A stretch of DNA of 64,000 bases from NCBI RefSeq assembly GCF_006345805.1, contig NC_043009.1:45632001-45696000 (forward strand), read 5' to 3'. Source of the DNA: Octopus sinensis. Its lineage: Eukaryota. The notes under the pieces were generated by a model. It was not told the DNA's origin. It was given only the letters and a program-made list of their open reading frames with translations, and did no database searches. Below, one piece after another: positions 38,125-52,074 of this stretch; the first letter of the stretch is position 1, and every line of letters starts with the position of its first letter. The position numbers and the translations under genes were made by a program.

Positions 38125-40137
38125 CGTATGCATGTATGCAAATATGTGCGTATGTGTGTTTGAATTATTGGAGACAAAGTCGAAGTGGCTTGTAAAATAG
38201 GCTTAAGTCTATGGTGGTAGAGATTAGTACAATTTTGCAATCTAAAACTGACACTTGTTGCATGTATATTGTATGTTTGTGAATTATTTTACTAATTCAC
38301 ATTGATTGCACTTTTACTTTTGACTCACACACACACTTACACAAACACACACATACAGATACACATACACACACACAAACACACACACACACGTATGTAT
38401 AATGAGGCATTTATTGGTGAGTCTTGTGTACGAGTTAGTGATCTAGAAATCTTCTTCCTTTTGACTGAGCCCATTTATTTAGACTTCTGGCCGAAACTTA
38501 TCTAAGCCTGAAAGTAAGTATGTAAATATCCCTACAATATTACTGGTGTTTAATATATGTTAGTATTGTATTACTAATTCTTTTGTGATTACAGGGAGAC
38601 TCGAAATTTGGGCAAAATTTGAACTTGATGCGCGTGATAAGGAATTTAGTGATAGCATTGTAAATATTGCGATATTCAAAATTATATTATAAAGCTTGGC
38701 CTTGCTATTGTGTTGTTTTCTTTTTTGTGTGTCTAAACAAGGGAGGTGTTGTTGCTAAGCCTCGGCTCTTGAAATTATTCTGATTGAGGGTTATGTGTCT
38801 TCTGTGTTTCAAACCATATCTGGGTTGATAGATAGCTCACTTTTGTACGAATGCTTCTAAGTGCGAGAGAGTTTTGTATTTTCAGTTGACTTTATATATT
38901 TTACACTACTTCAACGATTGATTATTCGGATAACTGTGCTTGCAATGGTTTTGATGGAACTGGGGTCTTTAGATCGTTGTCAGGATATGTTGGATAAACT
39001 TTGGTGTTTACTACATATAAGGATTATTGATGCAACTGTACCCAACTTGCATAGTTTTATCATTTAAATAGTTTGGAAAATTTATGCACCTTGAGAAAGG
39101 ACTTCCAGGCTAGATTTATGATGTTCTTGGGAATATTGAATTTCCCATTGTTATAAGGAAGTGTGAATAGGATTACATTACAACTAAAGTTTTGGTTTCG
39201 TTAAATTGTACGTTCCCCGTTTGTAGTTAAACATAATTTTGTCTCTGAATTCAATATTCCCCAATCTTTCTTGCAGGCTTCTTTAGCACTCTTTAATGTT
39301 CCTTCTCTAGAAATGTTGGCAGCACTTCTAATTATGTGGGTCACAAGATAATGGTATCTATATAATCATGCAGATGTCCTGATTGGCTTGAGTTTTGTCT
39401 ATATAAAAGTACTTTATAGTTATCTTAAATGTGAATTCATGTTTTGAGGTATAAAGAGATGACTAGCAGCTAACTAGCATAACATCTTTAGGCATAATAA
39501 CATTAATCTCTAGGCCTTTAAAATGATAATATAGTCTTGATTTTATCTAAGGTGCTATAAATATTTAGGCTGTTATATCTATCACTCCTATATCCAGTGT
39601 ATAAAATTCGTATCTATGCTGATTAAGGATTAAAAATACAGTCACCACGCAATCTGTCATTCTGGTACACTCTGCCCATAATGACATAAAATATATCATC
39701 AGTATTTTTAACCGATGCAATATTTTTGTTGAAATGCAGTCACTTCCGATCAACGACAGTTATGTACATGTAATTATGTAGATTATATCTATATCGTTAT
39801 CTCAGTATTGTGTTGTCCCCTTCAAAACCCAAGCCGTTGATGGAAATTAACGGAAAAACATTCAAACATATTTAGCTGAAAGATATTTGCACCTATTTTC
39901 ATTTCTAATATTAGTAACGAAGTTGAACAACTGTAAATGATAAAACTAGATATAAATTTACTCGGCTCGATACTGTTAAAAAGAAAAGAAGAAAAAATTC
40001 ATTGAGCTATATTTCTTATACGATTTCCATTATTGTTATTTCCAATTATGTCTGAAAGTTCACGTGTATCTACTATATACCTATGTCTATGGACGTATCT
40101 ATATGCTCGTGTTTACGTATCAAGGTATATCTCTTAC

Positions 40138-40340
40138 ACTTACTTGTTTCAGTCATTTGACTGCGGCCATGCTGGAGCACCGCCTTTAGTCGAGCAAATC
40201 GACCCCAGGACTTATTCTTTGTAAGCCCAGTACTTATTCTATCGGTTTCTTTTCCGAACCGCTAAGTGACGGCGACGTAAACACATTAGCATCGGTTGTA
40301 AAGCGATGCTAGGGGGACAAACACAGACACACAAACATAC
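40138..40340 (-). mobile_element. SINE family B, 3' half
   Basis: Near-identical to 24298-24500. Confidence 0.88.
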
Positions 40341-40344
40341 ACAC

Positions 40345-40415
<71 letters not shown>

Positions 40416-40418
40416 TAT

Positions 40419-40493
<75 letters not shown>

Positions 40494-40676
40494 AACACAC
40501 GCACACACAGACATCTCAAAAGTAAATAGAGAATCCTCCTCATTTCAAGCGCACACACACACATTTATCAATCCTTAGGGCTTCTGGTTTGTAAGATTCT
40601 TGTTGTGAATTCGTGTGCTGAAACAAATATTGTTGGCGTAAAGATACTTCCAGGTCACGACCAATATATGTGATGT

Positions 40677-40729
<53 letters not shown>

Positions 40730-41896
40730 TGCGTGTGTGCGTGTGTATATGAGTGTGTGTGTATTTGTGTGTATGTGTGTGTATGCGCATGTGCGTGTGT
40801 ATACCCTTGAAGAATGGCAACGGTGTCCTACACTCTTACTGAAAAGAAAAGCAAACTATCAGCAATCTGAAGTAATCTGAACTACGGCGACAAATTTAGA
40901 CCTAGAGACGCGTCATTTTATTTGCCTGCCTCATAGAAAGTGTGGCCGAAGCTAGTGATATGACTCCATTGAAAGCAACATAAAAGTAGCTGCCTGCTAC
41001 TGCTTCAGTTTTCTTTTGTATCAAATACAAACACTCATGCAATAATACACAAATTTACATATATACTTAAGAGTCATTCGTGCATTTTTTAAATGCAGTT
41101 ATCATTGACATTTACTCTCGAGTATTACAATTTGTAGTTAGACATTTACATTTATCTGTGCAAGTAAAATATGTCAAAAACGAACTGATAAAATTGCTGA
41201 GATGTTCGTAAGAAGGATATCAAAATTTGATCGCAGCTTCTGAACTACAAAAGTGAAATGGCACAATTAAAATATGATATTGATTTCGAATTACTGTAAA
41301 CGTAACAAACGGGTGTGAAATTGGCTTAGTATTCGTAAATATATGAAAAGAGCAATTAGATGGAAAGTCAATTAAAAAAATACATGCCATATTGTCAATA
41401 TTAATAGATGATAGATAACAGCTCCGCCGGGCTAAGCAATATTAATCACATGATAAAAACAAAGAATGCTTTGAATTACAGATTTAAGTTAGGATTCACT
41501 GTGACGGAATGAATATGCCTTATTTGAAATGAATTATTTGCAGTAGCTGAAACAGAATGGCTGATTTATCGCTTTTATCCTATCAAGAGCTCGCCACTCT
41601 TCAGTTAAATTTCCTGCTGGCGTTGCCTTGCTGTCTGTTGAAATTCATATCTGAAAGGCACTTTCTTATCCATTAACATTTAAGATACCACTTCTTAATC
41701 AGGATTGGGTAATGCATTAGAAAAGTGTACAACGTCATGTGGAAAACAGTAGCAAAGCTCAATGTAAATTACATGCATACATGGTAAAAGAGAGAAACCA
41801 AAAAAATCGCAGTGATTAAGAACGCGAAGTCAGCCATTGAAATAGAATTGATAAAACCTGAATATGAATTTCAATAATTATTATAGGAAGTCAGCA

Positions 41897-41897
41897 A

Positions 41898-41978
<81 letters not shown>

Positions 41979-42044
41979 CGCCGCTGCCGTCGCTGCTGCT
42001 ATTGTTGCTACTGCTGGTGATGCTGCTGCTGCTGCTGCTACTAT

Positions 42045-42076
<32 letters not shown>

Positions 42077-42098
42077 ATAATAATAATAATAATAATAA
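41897..42098. repeat. (CTA)/(CTG)/(AAT) compound trinucleotide repeat
   Basis: Direct inspection. Confidence 0.95.
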
Positions 42099-43214
42099 CA
42101 ATTTAGCTCAAGAAGTCTCTCCCAGTAACGACAGGCACCACAAACTATGTACAAAACAAATCCCTAATAATTTTACAGCTGTACCATTAACTTCGCATTG
42201 CAGCTAGAAAAAACCGCCAGGAACAAGCCATTGGGTAATAACTCCAATCCTTTTCCTTTATGTAACTGCTTTAATCCCATAACGTTTTCGCTGTCCGTCT
42301 TTGCCTCATAAATCGGCAGCGTATTGCACAGATGACTGGAGCTACAATAAAATGATGCCGAAAACCTACCTCGGTCTAACAATAGTAACTTTCAAATATA
42401 AATTCTACTGTCATACAAATTCCTTCAGATTGCATCAAGAGAATAACAATCATCGGTTTGTCCCCCATCTAAGTGGTCATTAAATATACGTGATCTCATA
42501 GAAAATGTTCGACAACGTGAATACGTAAGCGTAGGGGGAAACTGCAACCGTTGAACCACAGTGACGGTTATATTCCAAAACAAACCACCAAATCTGTGTC
42601 TTTCTGCACAGCTTGAAATTTTCCAAAAGTCTGATATCAATATCAGTAGCCTGTGCGCAGTTGTAAATGTATACATGAGTACCATAATTTGCATATATAT
42701 ATATACACGCATTCATATGATTCTTTTGCAGACATGCATATATATATACACACACGCATACATATGATTCTTTTGCAGACCTGCATATATATAAACGTAT
42801 TAATGTGGCTATACATAAGTATATATGTGCAGTAATGTGTTTTTCTGGTTATAGATTTTTTTCGAAATACTTTTCATTGGTTATCATATTTTTATATTTT
42901 TACGATATGTTTTTGAAACTGCCTAGTTATTATAGAATTATTGTGTTTATTTTATATTTATATACTGGTATATCTTGTGTATTCGTGAATAAAAATGTTC
43001 AAAATTCATGCAGTATATATTTGTATACTTTTTACAAAAGCATATAGTTGTGATGTATAATATATCTGTAAACATATGCGCAGTGGTATATACACACACG
43101 TAAACATGCATATGCATGCTGGTTTGGGACATGTATCTATGCATTTGTATATATTAGTGCATTCTTACACATACACACACACATACATATGTTAGTGTGT
43201 ATGTATCTATCTAT

Positions 43215-43246
<32 letters not shown>

Positions 43247-43262
43247 AATACATACATACATA

Positions 43263-43354
<92 letters not shown>

Positions 43355-44019
43355 CGTGCATAACATAAGTATGTGTTTATTCATTTGTATATTTGATGGT
43401 ATGTGCTAGTCTGTACCAGTTTTGTTAAACATTTGCATCTTGATGCCTCTCTTCCTAACATCCCTACCTCCTTTCTACTTTTATTTTATTAAAGTTCACA
43501 TTACCTATTCCATTAGTCCTGATAGTGTAGAAATAGAAAGCAATAACTTTTTTCCTTAGCTTCTCTCATACTTTATTTTATTTCTTCTCTAGACGATTTT
43601 TACTATTTGATTATTTTCATTTACTTTACAACCATACAGTAAATTTTCGATAATGGCATCTAGCAAGCAACCAGTGTCCTAAAACAATAGATACCCATAA
43701 TAGATTCTTCCTAGACCTACATGAAGCTCAATGATCTCTAAAAATCAATTGAATCATTTATAATAATTCACTTAACAATTGCATTTAGGCGGTACATTCA
43801 GGAAAACCGATTCCCTACACTCGTTCTCTCCCCCCCCACACATATATCCACATACATACACATAAGCATGTACATATACACATATACGCACATACAGAAC
43901 GGTTTAGTTTCAATCTACGCAAAGACTCTCGTTAGAGTTAAAAAATCTATCAGCTAAGCAAAACGAAGTTTAGTTATACAGAAAACACGTGTTTTTTCCA
44001 TATTTCATGCGTTTGTGTA

Positions 44020-44066
<47 letters not shown>

Positions 44067-44135
44067 ATATATATATATATATATTATCTATATATCTATC
44101 TATATACATACATCATACATACATACATACATACA

Positions 44136-44217
<82 letters not shown>

Positions 44218-45364
44218 TATATAGAAATATATATTATCTATAGAAATGAATTTTTATCAAAATTTTCCTTAAATATTTTGATGTCTACAATAACGCTTCT
44301 ATGCTTTATAGATTTTTCTACTTTTATTTCTATGGAGTCCATCAAGTTTTCCATCAAGGTGTTTTCAGTGGGACCTAAATGGTTCCCACTGCTGTATGTA
44401 CAAATATGATTCAAAGAACGTGAAATCGATATACGCTCAAAAGATGTGGCTGATTACAAAAGTAGAATCGTATTTATCTAGATATGCACTTTTTGTTCAG
44501 TGGCTTTCTCTCGTGTACATCATGCAGTTTATTTTATTAATATTGAAGCTGTTTGATTTATTGTGTAAATCGAACACGGAATTATTCCCTTTACTATATC
44601 AACTTCGGCAATTCATTGTAGCTATATCTGTAATCATCTTACAAATCTCTGCTCTATGGGTAAACGAAAAACCCTCGACAGTGTCGTTCGACCTGCTTTC
44701 AAATACCAACAAAATCTTCCTGTAATTATACTTATCCGTTTGTAAAAAGGAGCCACACTGGATGATATTATCTGAGATATATAATAATTAATGGATGCTG
44801 TTGGCCAGAATGTCTTTGATTCTAAGCGAGCTCAAATAGTGCTGAACTTTGTACTAAATGACAACGGTGTTGAAATTTCTGAGAAATTTGATTTTTATCT
44901 ATTCAGATGAAGTGAAATTTTTGATTCAGTTTTAGCTCCTCTTTATCTTATTGTTTTACAAGAGTAGAATCATGTCATGTAATACCTATGCAGACCTTCT
45001 ACGTAACCTGTCATTGTCGAAAACAGCGTGTTCTACTTCAGCTATGAACTTGGTGTCAAAATAATTGCGGTATCTAAGCATTAACATATATATCAGCTCA
45101 GGTCAAGTATTTCTTTATATCGACGAAGCATTATCAATTAGAAATAAGTAAATATAGCTTTTTTCCTTTTTCTAGCTTGCAATTCAAAGATTTTAGAAAT
45201 GGTGAACTTATCGAAGGTTTTTTTTTATGGTAGAAAGTTGGTAGAATTTTGACAAAAAAAAAGGAATAAGCTGAGTGAAATAGAGCTTCATTTAATTTCG
45301 GAAAAATTATTTGTGAGACATGTTGGCTATTATTGATTTAAAATTTTGGCTTCAAGCAGAAATT

Positions 45365-45547
45365 ACGGAGCAGCAGTGGGCAAGTCGATTACGTCGACTC
45401 CAATGTGCAACTGGTACTTATCTTATCGATCCCGAACGGATAACATCAAAAGTCGACTCGGCGGAATTTAAACTCGGAACGTAAAGACGGACCAAATGCC
45501 AATAAGCGTTTCGCTTGGCATACTAACGAAACTCCCAGTTCGCGCCT
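45365..45547 (-). mobile_element. SINE family A monomer
   Basis: Reverse complement core (GTCGACTCGGCGGAATTTAAACTC) and head. Confidence 0.8.
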
Positions 45548-45554
45548 TCATGTT

Positions 45555-46150
45555 GGTCATTAGTAACATGGAAAATAATTAATTGTTTCCGATTGACTTA
45601 TATTCGACTGAAACGTTTCACTTTTTGGTACACTTGACGAATTTCGTGACTATGTTGGTTTCGAAAAAATCCAAAAAACACTAGCGGATGATGCAAATTG
45701 GCAGCCAATAAACACTTACCAGAATAATCTTTTGATGAAGTTTCGATTTGGAACAATGTTTTGGTGCTTCACTATATTTCATCCAATGCACGAAACGGCA
45801 TCTGTTGCTGTAGAGTATACGGTTTTCATAACATTTCCCAGGCGGTCAAGAAATTGATCGATTATATTGTGCAAAAGAAGTGCCGAGCACAATTCACAGC
45901 ATCAATGATTTTTTCGGTTTATTTCATTTATCTTCTTTGGTTCCTTTGTCGAGCGCTTTTTGATGTTCGAAATGCAATTTTCAGCTGTTGAATTATCAAC
46001 TTTTAGCTTTGAAAGGTTTTGTGTGTCCGTCTCCCTTTTCCAATCAATGGTTTCTTGATGGTCCTTTAGCCAGTTCCTTTTTGCTTCTTATTGCCAGTAT
46101 TTTTCGTTGTTTTGAATTCTATTTTTTACTCACAACGGAGTCGCCCGAAT
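45555..46150 (-). mobile_element. Degenerate mariner transposase fragment (Hsmar1-like)
   Basis: Minus strand, across frameshifts: NLSKLKVDNST...CELCSALLLHNIIDQFLDRL..ENRILYSNR...W...SEAPKHCSKSKLHQKIILVSVYW, matching FLDRIVTCDEKWILYDN...EAPKHFPKPNLHQKKVMVTVWW. Not in the ORF track. Confidence 0.75.
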
Positions 46151-47132
46151 TGGTTCGATTTCCATTTAAATTTGACAGCAAATGATAAACCAGTAAATAA
46201 AAAGAAAACAAACCACAAACCATAAATCTTCATTAGAGCCGAATTCTGCCCTTCAAAGAGATATAATTTATGACGAACATAGTTAAACAAAAATATATTC
46301 TAAAATAACTATGAATGCTAATAATAACATATAACCGATTTATTCAATAGTGATCCACTTTTTTTTTATAGGAAGATTCTCTACATGTACATTTCTCATA
46401 AGTTACCTATCACAACTGTCCAAGCACAAAAGTGCATCCTCATCGCTTCTTTGTAGGAATTTGAGCTCATTAATTTGTATTCGTACAACTTTCCAAAATT
46501 AAGAATTTTAAAATCACAATTGCTCTCATAAAAGCAAAAGTCCTCGTTTTCCTTTGTCAATATTTCTAATCTGATTTTAATGAGCTCATCTCCTTGTATC
46601 TTGACATACACGCATATATACTTATGTAAATCTATACATGAATACATATATATGTGTGTGTGTGTGTGTGGCGTCATTCAAATATTTTCCTCGTTGTGTA
46701 TGGATTTTGTGAATAGTGAAATCGAGCTAGTTATATGAATCAATGTTTTTATAAAAATAATGTAGTTGACTTGGTAATAAATTCGTTTAAGTTTTAGGTA
46801 AATATCTTGTCATAGGTAATCAATATACAACATTTTTCCACATGATAAGAAATATATAGATATATAAAAAAATGCCGATAAAAAATAGAAATAAATCTTG
46901 GTTGCTATCGATCATCTGAATTGAGCACAATCTATTGTATATTTTTCTTTTAGCTTCCACTTTGATATACTAGTTAAAATATTCAGTTCTTGTATTACAA
47001 GTAAAGGTTTTCTGGTCAATCAAAGAGAATGAATCGGCGTATAGGTAGGAATATGCTTTCTAGAAGGCCCCTGTTTCCACTAATCATTATATCAAACTAA
47101 GATATATGCCGAAAAATGATGGAAAATATCAC

Positions 47133-47203
<71 letters not shown>

Positions 47204-47205
47204 TG

Positions 47206-47264
<59 letters not shown>
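47133..47264. repeat. (AAT)n microsatellite (further arrays at 47428-47481 and 48993-49088)
   Basis: Direct inspection. Confidence 0.95.
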
Positions 47265-47265
<1 letters not shown>

Positions 47266-47420
47266 GAAAGTGGTTTATTTTTCCCTTACCGCTTTCAGAT
47301 CATACCCCAACTTTGATTTCTGTAGTATTTCACTCAATGGGATCATTCGTCCCGCTGGAAGATTCCTCTCTTGACTTTCACCTCTCCTAGTACTTGTTTC
47401 CCTATTGTAAATTCCTTTCT
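47266..47420 (-). mobile_element. Inverted short RT fragment of the R4/Dong-like family
   Basis: The reverse complement aligns to ~49383-49560 (GGGAAAC.AGTACTAGG.GAGGTGAAA.TCAAGAG.GGAATCTTCCAGCGGGAC...GAATGATCCCATT.AGTGAAATACT) with a ~28-nt internal deletion. Flanked by (AAT)n. Confidence 0.8.
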
Positions 47421-47428
47421 CCATAATC

Positions 47429-47481
<53 letters not shown>

Positions 47482-47483
<2 letters not shown>

Positions 47484-48991
47484 GGAAAGGATCAGGAGAG
47501 AATGTTATCGAAGAATGAGAGCAATGCTCAAGACAGAGCTGAATGCAAGAAACAGGATCGAAGCGATAAATGCATTAGCCATACCAATCGTGACTTACAG
47601 TTTCTATATCGTTAACTGGTCAATTACTGATATATGTCAGCTTGACAGAAAAATACGAAAACTGTGGACAATGCATAGAATGCACCACCCTAAGGCAGAT
47701 ACAGAACGACTTTATCTGCCAAGAAAAGAGGGAGGCCGTGGTCTTTTACAACTGGCAATAACAATGAAGATTGCTACAATTGGCCTAGATACCTACCTGA
47801 AAAAGTCTGAGGACTGGATGTTAAAACTTGTCTCAAAACATGAAAACAAGAAAGCATCATACTCAGTAAGAAAACAGGCAAAGGAATATCTAAGTGAATT
47901 CCGAATACAACAAATTTCGGAATTAGAGATAGACATACAAGAAACAAGCACAGAAAAAGCTAAGCGCATGAACACCCGTGCCAAAACTGCGGCCTTAAAT
48001 ATTCTGAATAATAAATGGCAAGAAAAACCTCTCTATGGCAAATACCCAAAGAGAGCGAATAATGCAGATATTGACAAAGCCCTGACCCATCAATGGCTAA
48101 TGGCCTCTGGCTTAAAATCTGAAACAGAAGGGTTTATCATAGCAGCTCAAGATCAATGTCTATCAACAAGAAACTACCAGGCCAACATATTAAAGAACGG
48201 CAGTAGCCCAACATTTCGTGTATGTCGACAACAAAATGAAACCATTGATCATGTTGTCTCCAAATGCAGTCTTCTAGCGCCTACAAAGTACCTCAACAGG
48301 CATGATAGAGCTGCACAATATATTCACTGGGTAATTTGCAAAAACCTGGATTTGCCCCATGAAAAAACTGGTGGGAACACAATCCACCTCCAGTGCTTGA
48401 AAATGACCACATCTCACTCCTCTGGAACTTCATCATTCAAACTGACAGAAAGATAGATGCAAATAGGCCAGACATCATATTGAAAGACTTCAGACAAAGA
48501 ACATGCCTCCTCATTGATATGACTGTCCCAATCGATATAAACGTATCTGTCAAGACCTACCAAAAACTGAGCAAATATAAAGATCTTGAAATAGAAATCA
48601 GCAAAATGTGGAACCTGAAGACTAAAACAATACCTGTTGTCATAGGTGCCCTGGGAATGATAGCGAAAGGGGCTGATTGGTACCTAACTCAGATACCAGG
48701 AAACCCCAAATGGCAGAAATTCAAAAGATAGTGCTCATGGGAACTGCTCATATCCTACGCAAAATACTCTGTATATAATCCCAAGGTTTAAAACAAACTT
48801 TTTTTAAAAATTTATTTATTAGACATTCATTAGTACAACACCAAAAAGAAAAAAAAGGAAAAAAAGAAAAAAAACAAATATATGGCACACCAGGCATAAC
48901 AACAACATGAACTTCCAACCTGTCGTCTCTTGAGATCTCTGGGTAAGACTTGGAGCCAACTTGTACAAACATAAAGCAGAAGTCAAACATA

Positions 48992-48992
<1 letters not shown>
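47482..48992 (+). mobile_element. 5'-truncated R4/Dong-like non-LTR retrotransposon (RT thumb, CCHC finger, restriction-like endonuclease, 3' UTR)
   Basis: RLYLPRKEGGRGL; LKSETEGFIIAAQDQ; FRVC...ETIDHVVSKC (first Cys mutated); RHD; RPDII..IDMTVP..KLSKYKDL; IPVVIGALG. Two apparent 1-nt deletions in A-runs (~48365, ~48710). (AAT)n on both sides. Confidence 0.92.
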
Positions 48993-49040
<48 letters not shown>

Positions 49041-49088
49041 TAATAATAATAATAATAATGATAATAATAATAATAATAATAATAATAA

Positions 49089-49885
49089 ATGTCAGGTGTT
49101 TTGGCCGGCGAAATGTACAGACACTATAAAAAAGTGGGCTGCTACCCATTGAACAGAAAAGTGTCGAAAAAGGAGCCAGGGAACGAAGGACCAGCTCTTA
49201 ATTGATAATCTAATTAGGAACTGAATGAGAAGACATACATACCTGATCATGGCATGGGTTGAGTATCGCAAAGCATATGATATGATACCGCACTCCTTGA
49301 TAATAAGAACAATGGAAATGTATGGAATAGCAGAAAATATTACAAGTCTTATATGGAATAGCATGAAATGTTTGATAACGGAATTGACAGCAGGGAAACC
49401 AGTACTAGGGGAGGTGAAAATCAAGAGTGGAATCTTCCAGCGGGACAGTGTGTCCTCATTGATATTGGGACTGTGAATGATCCCATTAAGTGAAATACTG
49501 TAGAAAACAAAACCGGGGTATGATCTGGGAAGAGGTAAGAGAAAATTAAACCAATTGCTATTCATGGACGACCTGAAGCTATTCACAAAAACTGAAGCAG
49601 AATTAGACAGCCTAGTCCAGTCTGTGTGGATTTTCTCCAATGATATTAAGATGGAGTTTGAACTCTTAAAATATGGTGATGGGACGAGGAAGGCTGGCCA
49701 GGACAAAGGGCATATGGTTGCCAAGTGGTGAAATGATGAAGGCAATTCAACCTTAATCCAGCTATAAATATCTGGGAATATTTGAGGCAGATGGCATCAA
49801 ACACCACGACATGAAGGAAAAGACAAAAAGAGAGGACCTGCTGCGAGTAAGGAAAAATATTGGCTTCAAAGCTGAATAGCGGTTC
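49089..49885 (+). mobile_element. Degenerate R4/Dong-like RT fragment
   Basis: Across frameshifts: LLPIEQK...RGTKDQLLID..MAWVEYRKAYDMIPHS..GIFQRDS..LFMDDLKLF..FSNDIKMEF. Starts directly after (AAT)n. Confidence 0.85.
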
Positions 49886-50219
49886 TCTGGCACTTTTTAC
49901 ATACTATGCTATGTTGTTTTCTTATGCTCTAATGCTGTGTTCGCATCCAATAAGTCCTCTCTCCCTCTGTTTCCTGGTACATACAGTCTGCCTGTGCTAC
50001 TTTTTGGGTGGAGTGACCCATTTCTAGTTAGCAATTTCCTTGTCTCTCTGTCTAAGCTGTTTCGTTCGTCTACTAGACGGGTCTAGTCTGCGTCCATGTT
50101 CATCAAAAAAGAACAATTACTTCCGAAATGTAAACCTCTGCACCCATAGCATGAATTTCGTCTTGACGTTTATTTTTTTACCATTTTCTCATCCGTTTCA
50201 GGTCGACACATACGTTATT

Positions 50220-50415
<196 letters not shown>

Positions 50416-50436
50416 ATATATTTTAAATATATATAT

Positions 50437-50493
<57 letters not shown>

Positions 50494-50524
50494 AAAACAA
50501 CTTATATATATACTCTCTCTCTCT

Positions 50525-50770
50525 CTTTTACTCTTTTACTTGTTTCAGTCATCTGACTGCGGCCATGCTGGAGCACCACCTTTTAGTACTTATTCTTTCG
50601 GTCTCTTTTTGCCGAACCGCTAAGTGACGGGGACGTAAACACACCAGCATCGGTTGTCAAGCAATGCTAGGGGGACAAACACAGACACACAAACACACAC
50701 ACATATACATATATATATACATATATACGACAGGCTTCTTTCAGTTTCCGTCTACCAAATCCACTCATGT
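50525..50770 (-). mobile_element. SINE family B with internal deletion
   Basis: 3' half plus the start of the 5' half; the GTCGAGCAAATCGAC segment is missing. Confidence 0.85.
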
Positions 50771-51052
50771 ATATATATGATACATATGCATACATAGAGA
50801 GAGAGAGAGAGGGGGGGCTGCGAGAGGGGGAGAGAAATAAGCTGATGCGTCATCCCTGCTGGCAACTTATTAACTTCTAATGTTAGTTCGAGGAATGAAG
50901 CCTCACGTTGAATACCTGTTAAATTTACTTCTGATTGAATGTTATATGTGTCAACGTAACAATGTTAAGGGCAACGGTACACTTATATAGTGTATCTCAG
51001 GGGGTCGTCTTAAAGAGGTTTGTAATCTTACCGCATCTTTTCAATACAAATG

Positions 51053-52074
51053 CATGAGTACTTATATATTCACACAATATTTATTGGCGAAATGAAATGA
51101 CACCTCCCATGACATTCACAGCGCCGCTAGTAACGGTGTTAAGAGTTTTATAGTTTATATTTATTGTGAATATAATGCTTAAACTTGGGAAACGATAATA
51201 AATATAGGAAATAACTGTATGACGTTCAAGTAATCATTCCAGCAAAATGATCAAACCAACAAAATGTGTTATTACAAAATTGCTTGATAAATAACTTTGG
51301 TTTGCCAATCATCAGCTCAATGAAGTTGATACAGTTATGCATAACTGTATCGTAGGAGAAAAATGAAAGTGAATAGAGTATAAAACAAAAGTAAAAACAA
51401 AACAATAGCAGGAATATACAATAACACAGACGGTTCATGTAGATAAAGACAATATTAGGGACAAAACGAAAAATGTTCAACATATGTGTAGTTCTATATA
51501 AACTAGACGTACAGAAGTGTGAGAGGGGAAACAACAAATCTTAAAATGACTGATTTTTGAAATACACGTAAATTCGCATATTTTTGCGGACAGTATGATT
51601 AAGTAATCGACTGGTACATATTTTGTCAAAACCGCATATAACGAAATCGAAGTGCACCTCGGCGGGATGTAACAGCATGTACAAGTATTATTACTACGGG
51701 ACTCTGTCGGTTACGATCCAGTCAACGGAAGAGACTGCTCGTGAAGTTAAAGTATAAGTGGCTGAGCATTCCACAGACACGTGTACCCTTAACGTAGTTC
51801 TCGGGGAGATTCAGCGTAACACAGTGTGACAATGCTGGCCATTTGAAATACACTAACCACTTGGCCACTGCGCATCTACAAGTATTAAGTCACACTGTAA
51901 GTAAAACTACCGAAACACAGAGGTATACATATACGCATAAGCAATTAAGTGTATACATGAGTACTTATGTATTCATACAATATTTATCGGCAAAATTAAA
52001 GTGACACCTCCCATGACATTCACAGCGCCGCCAGTAACGGTGTTAAGAGTTTTATAGTTTATATTTATTGTGAA
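51053..52074. repeat. ~118-bp direct repeats (51053-51170 and 51956-52074)
   Basis: CATGAGTACTTAT...TGACACCTCCCATGACATTCACAGCGCCGC.AGTAACGGTGTTAAGAGTTTTATAGTTTATATTTATTGTGAA occurs in both. Confidence 0.9.
51697..51850 (-). mobile_element. SINE family C 3' region (shorter second copy at ~53995-54078)
   Basis: The two loci share TCAACGGAA.AG..GCTCGTGA..TTAA.GT..AAGTGGCTGAGCA.TCCA. Family identity is from recall of cephalopod SINEs. Confidence 0.6.

Noticed and set aside
45714-45720. Strong minus-strand splice donor (G|GTAAGT)
   Set aside because: It lies inside a degenerate mariner transposase frame (ILVSVYW), so it is a chance match.
50050-50112. Minus-strand UUGAUGA...GAAAC-AGCU motif
   Set aside because: C3 is missing, the stem II base does not pair and there is no GUH triplet.
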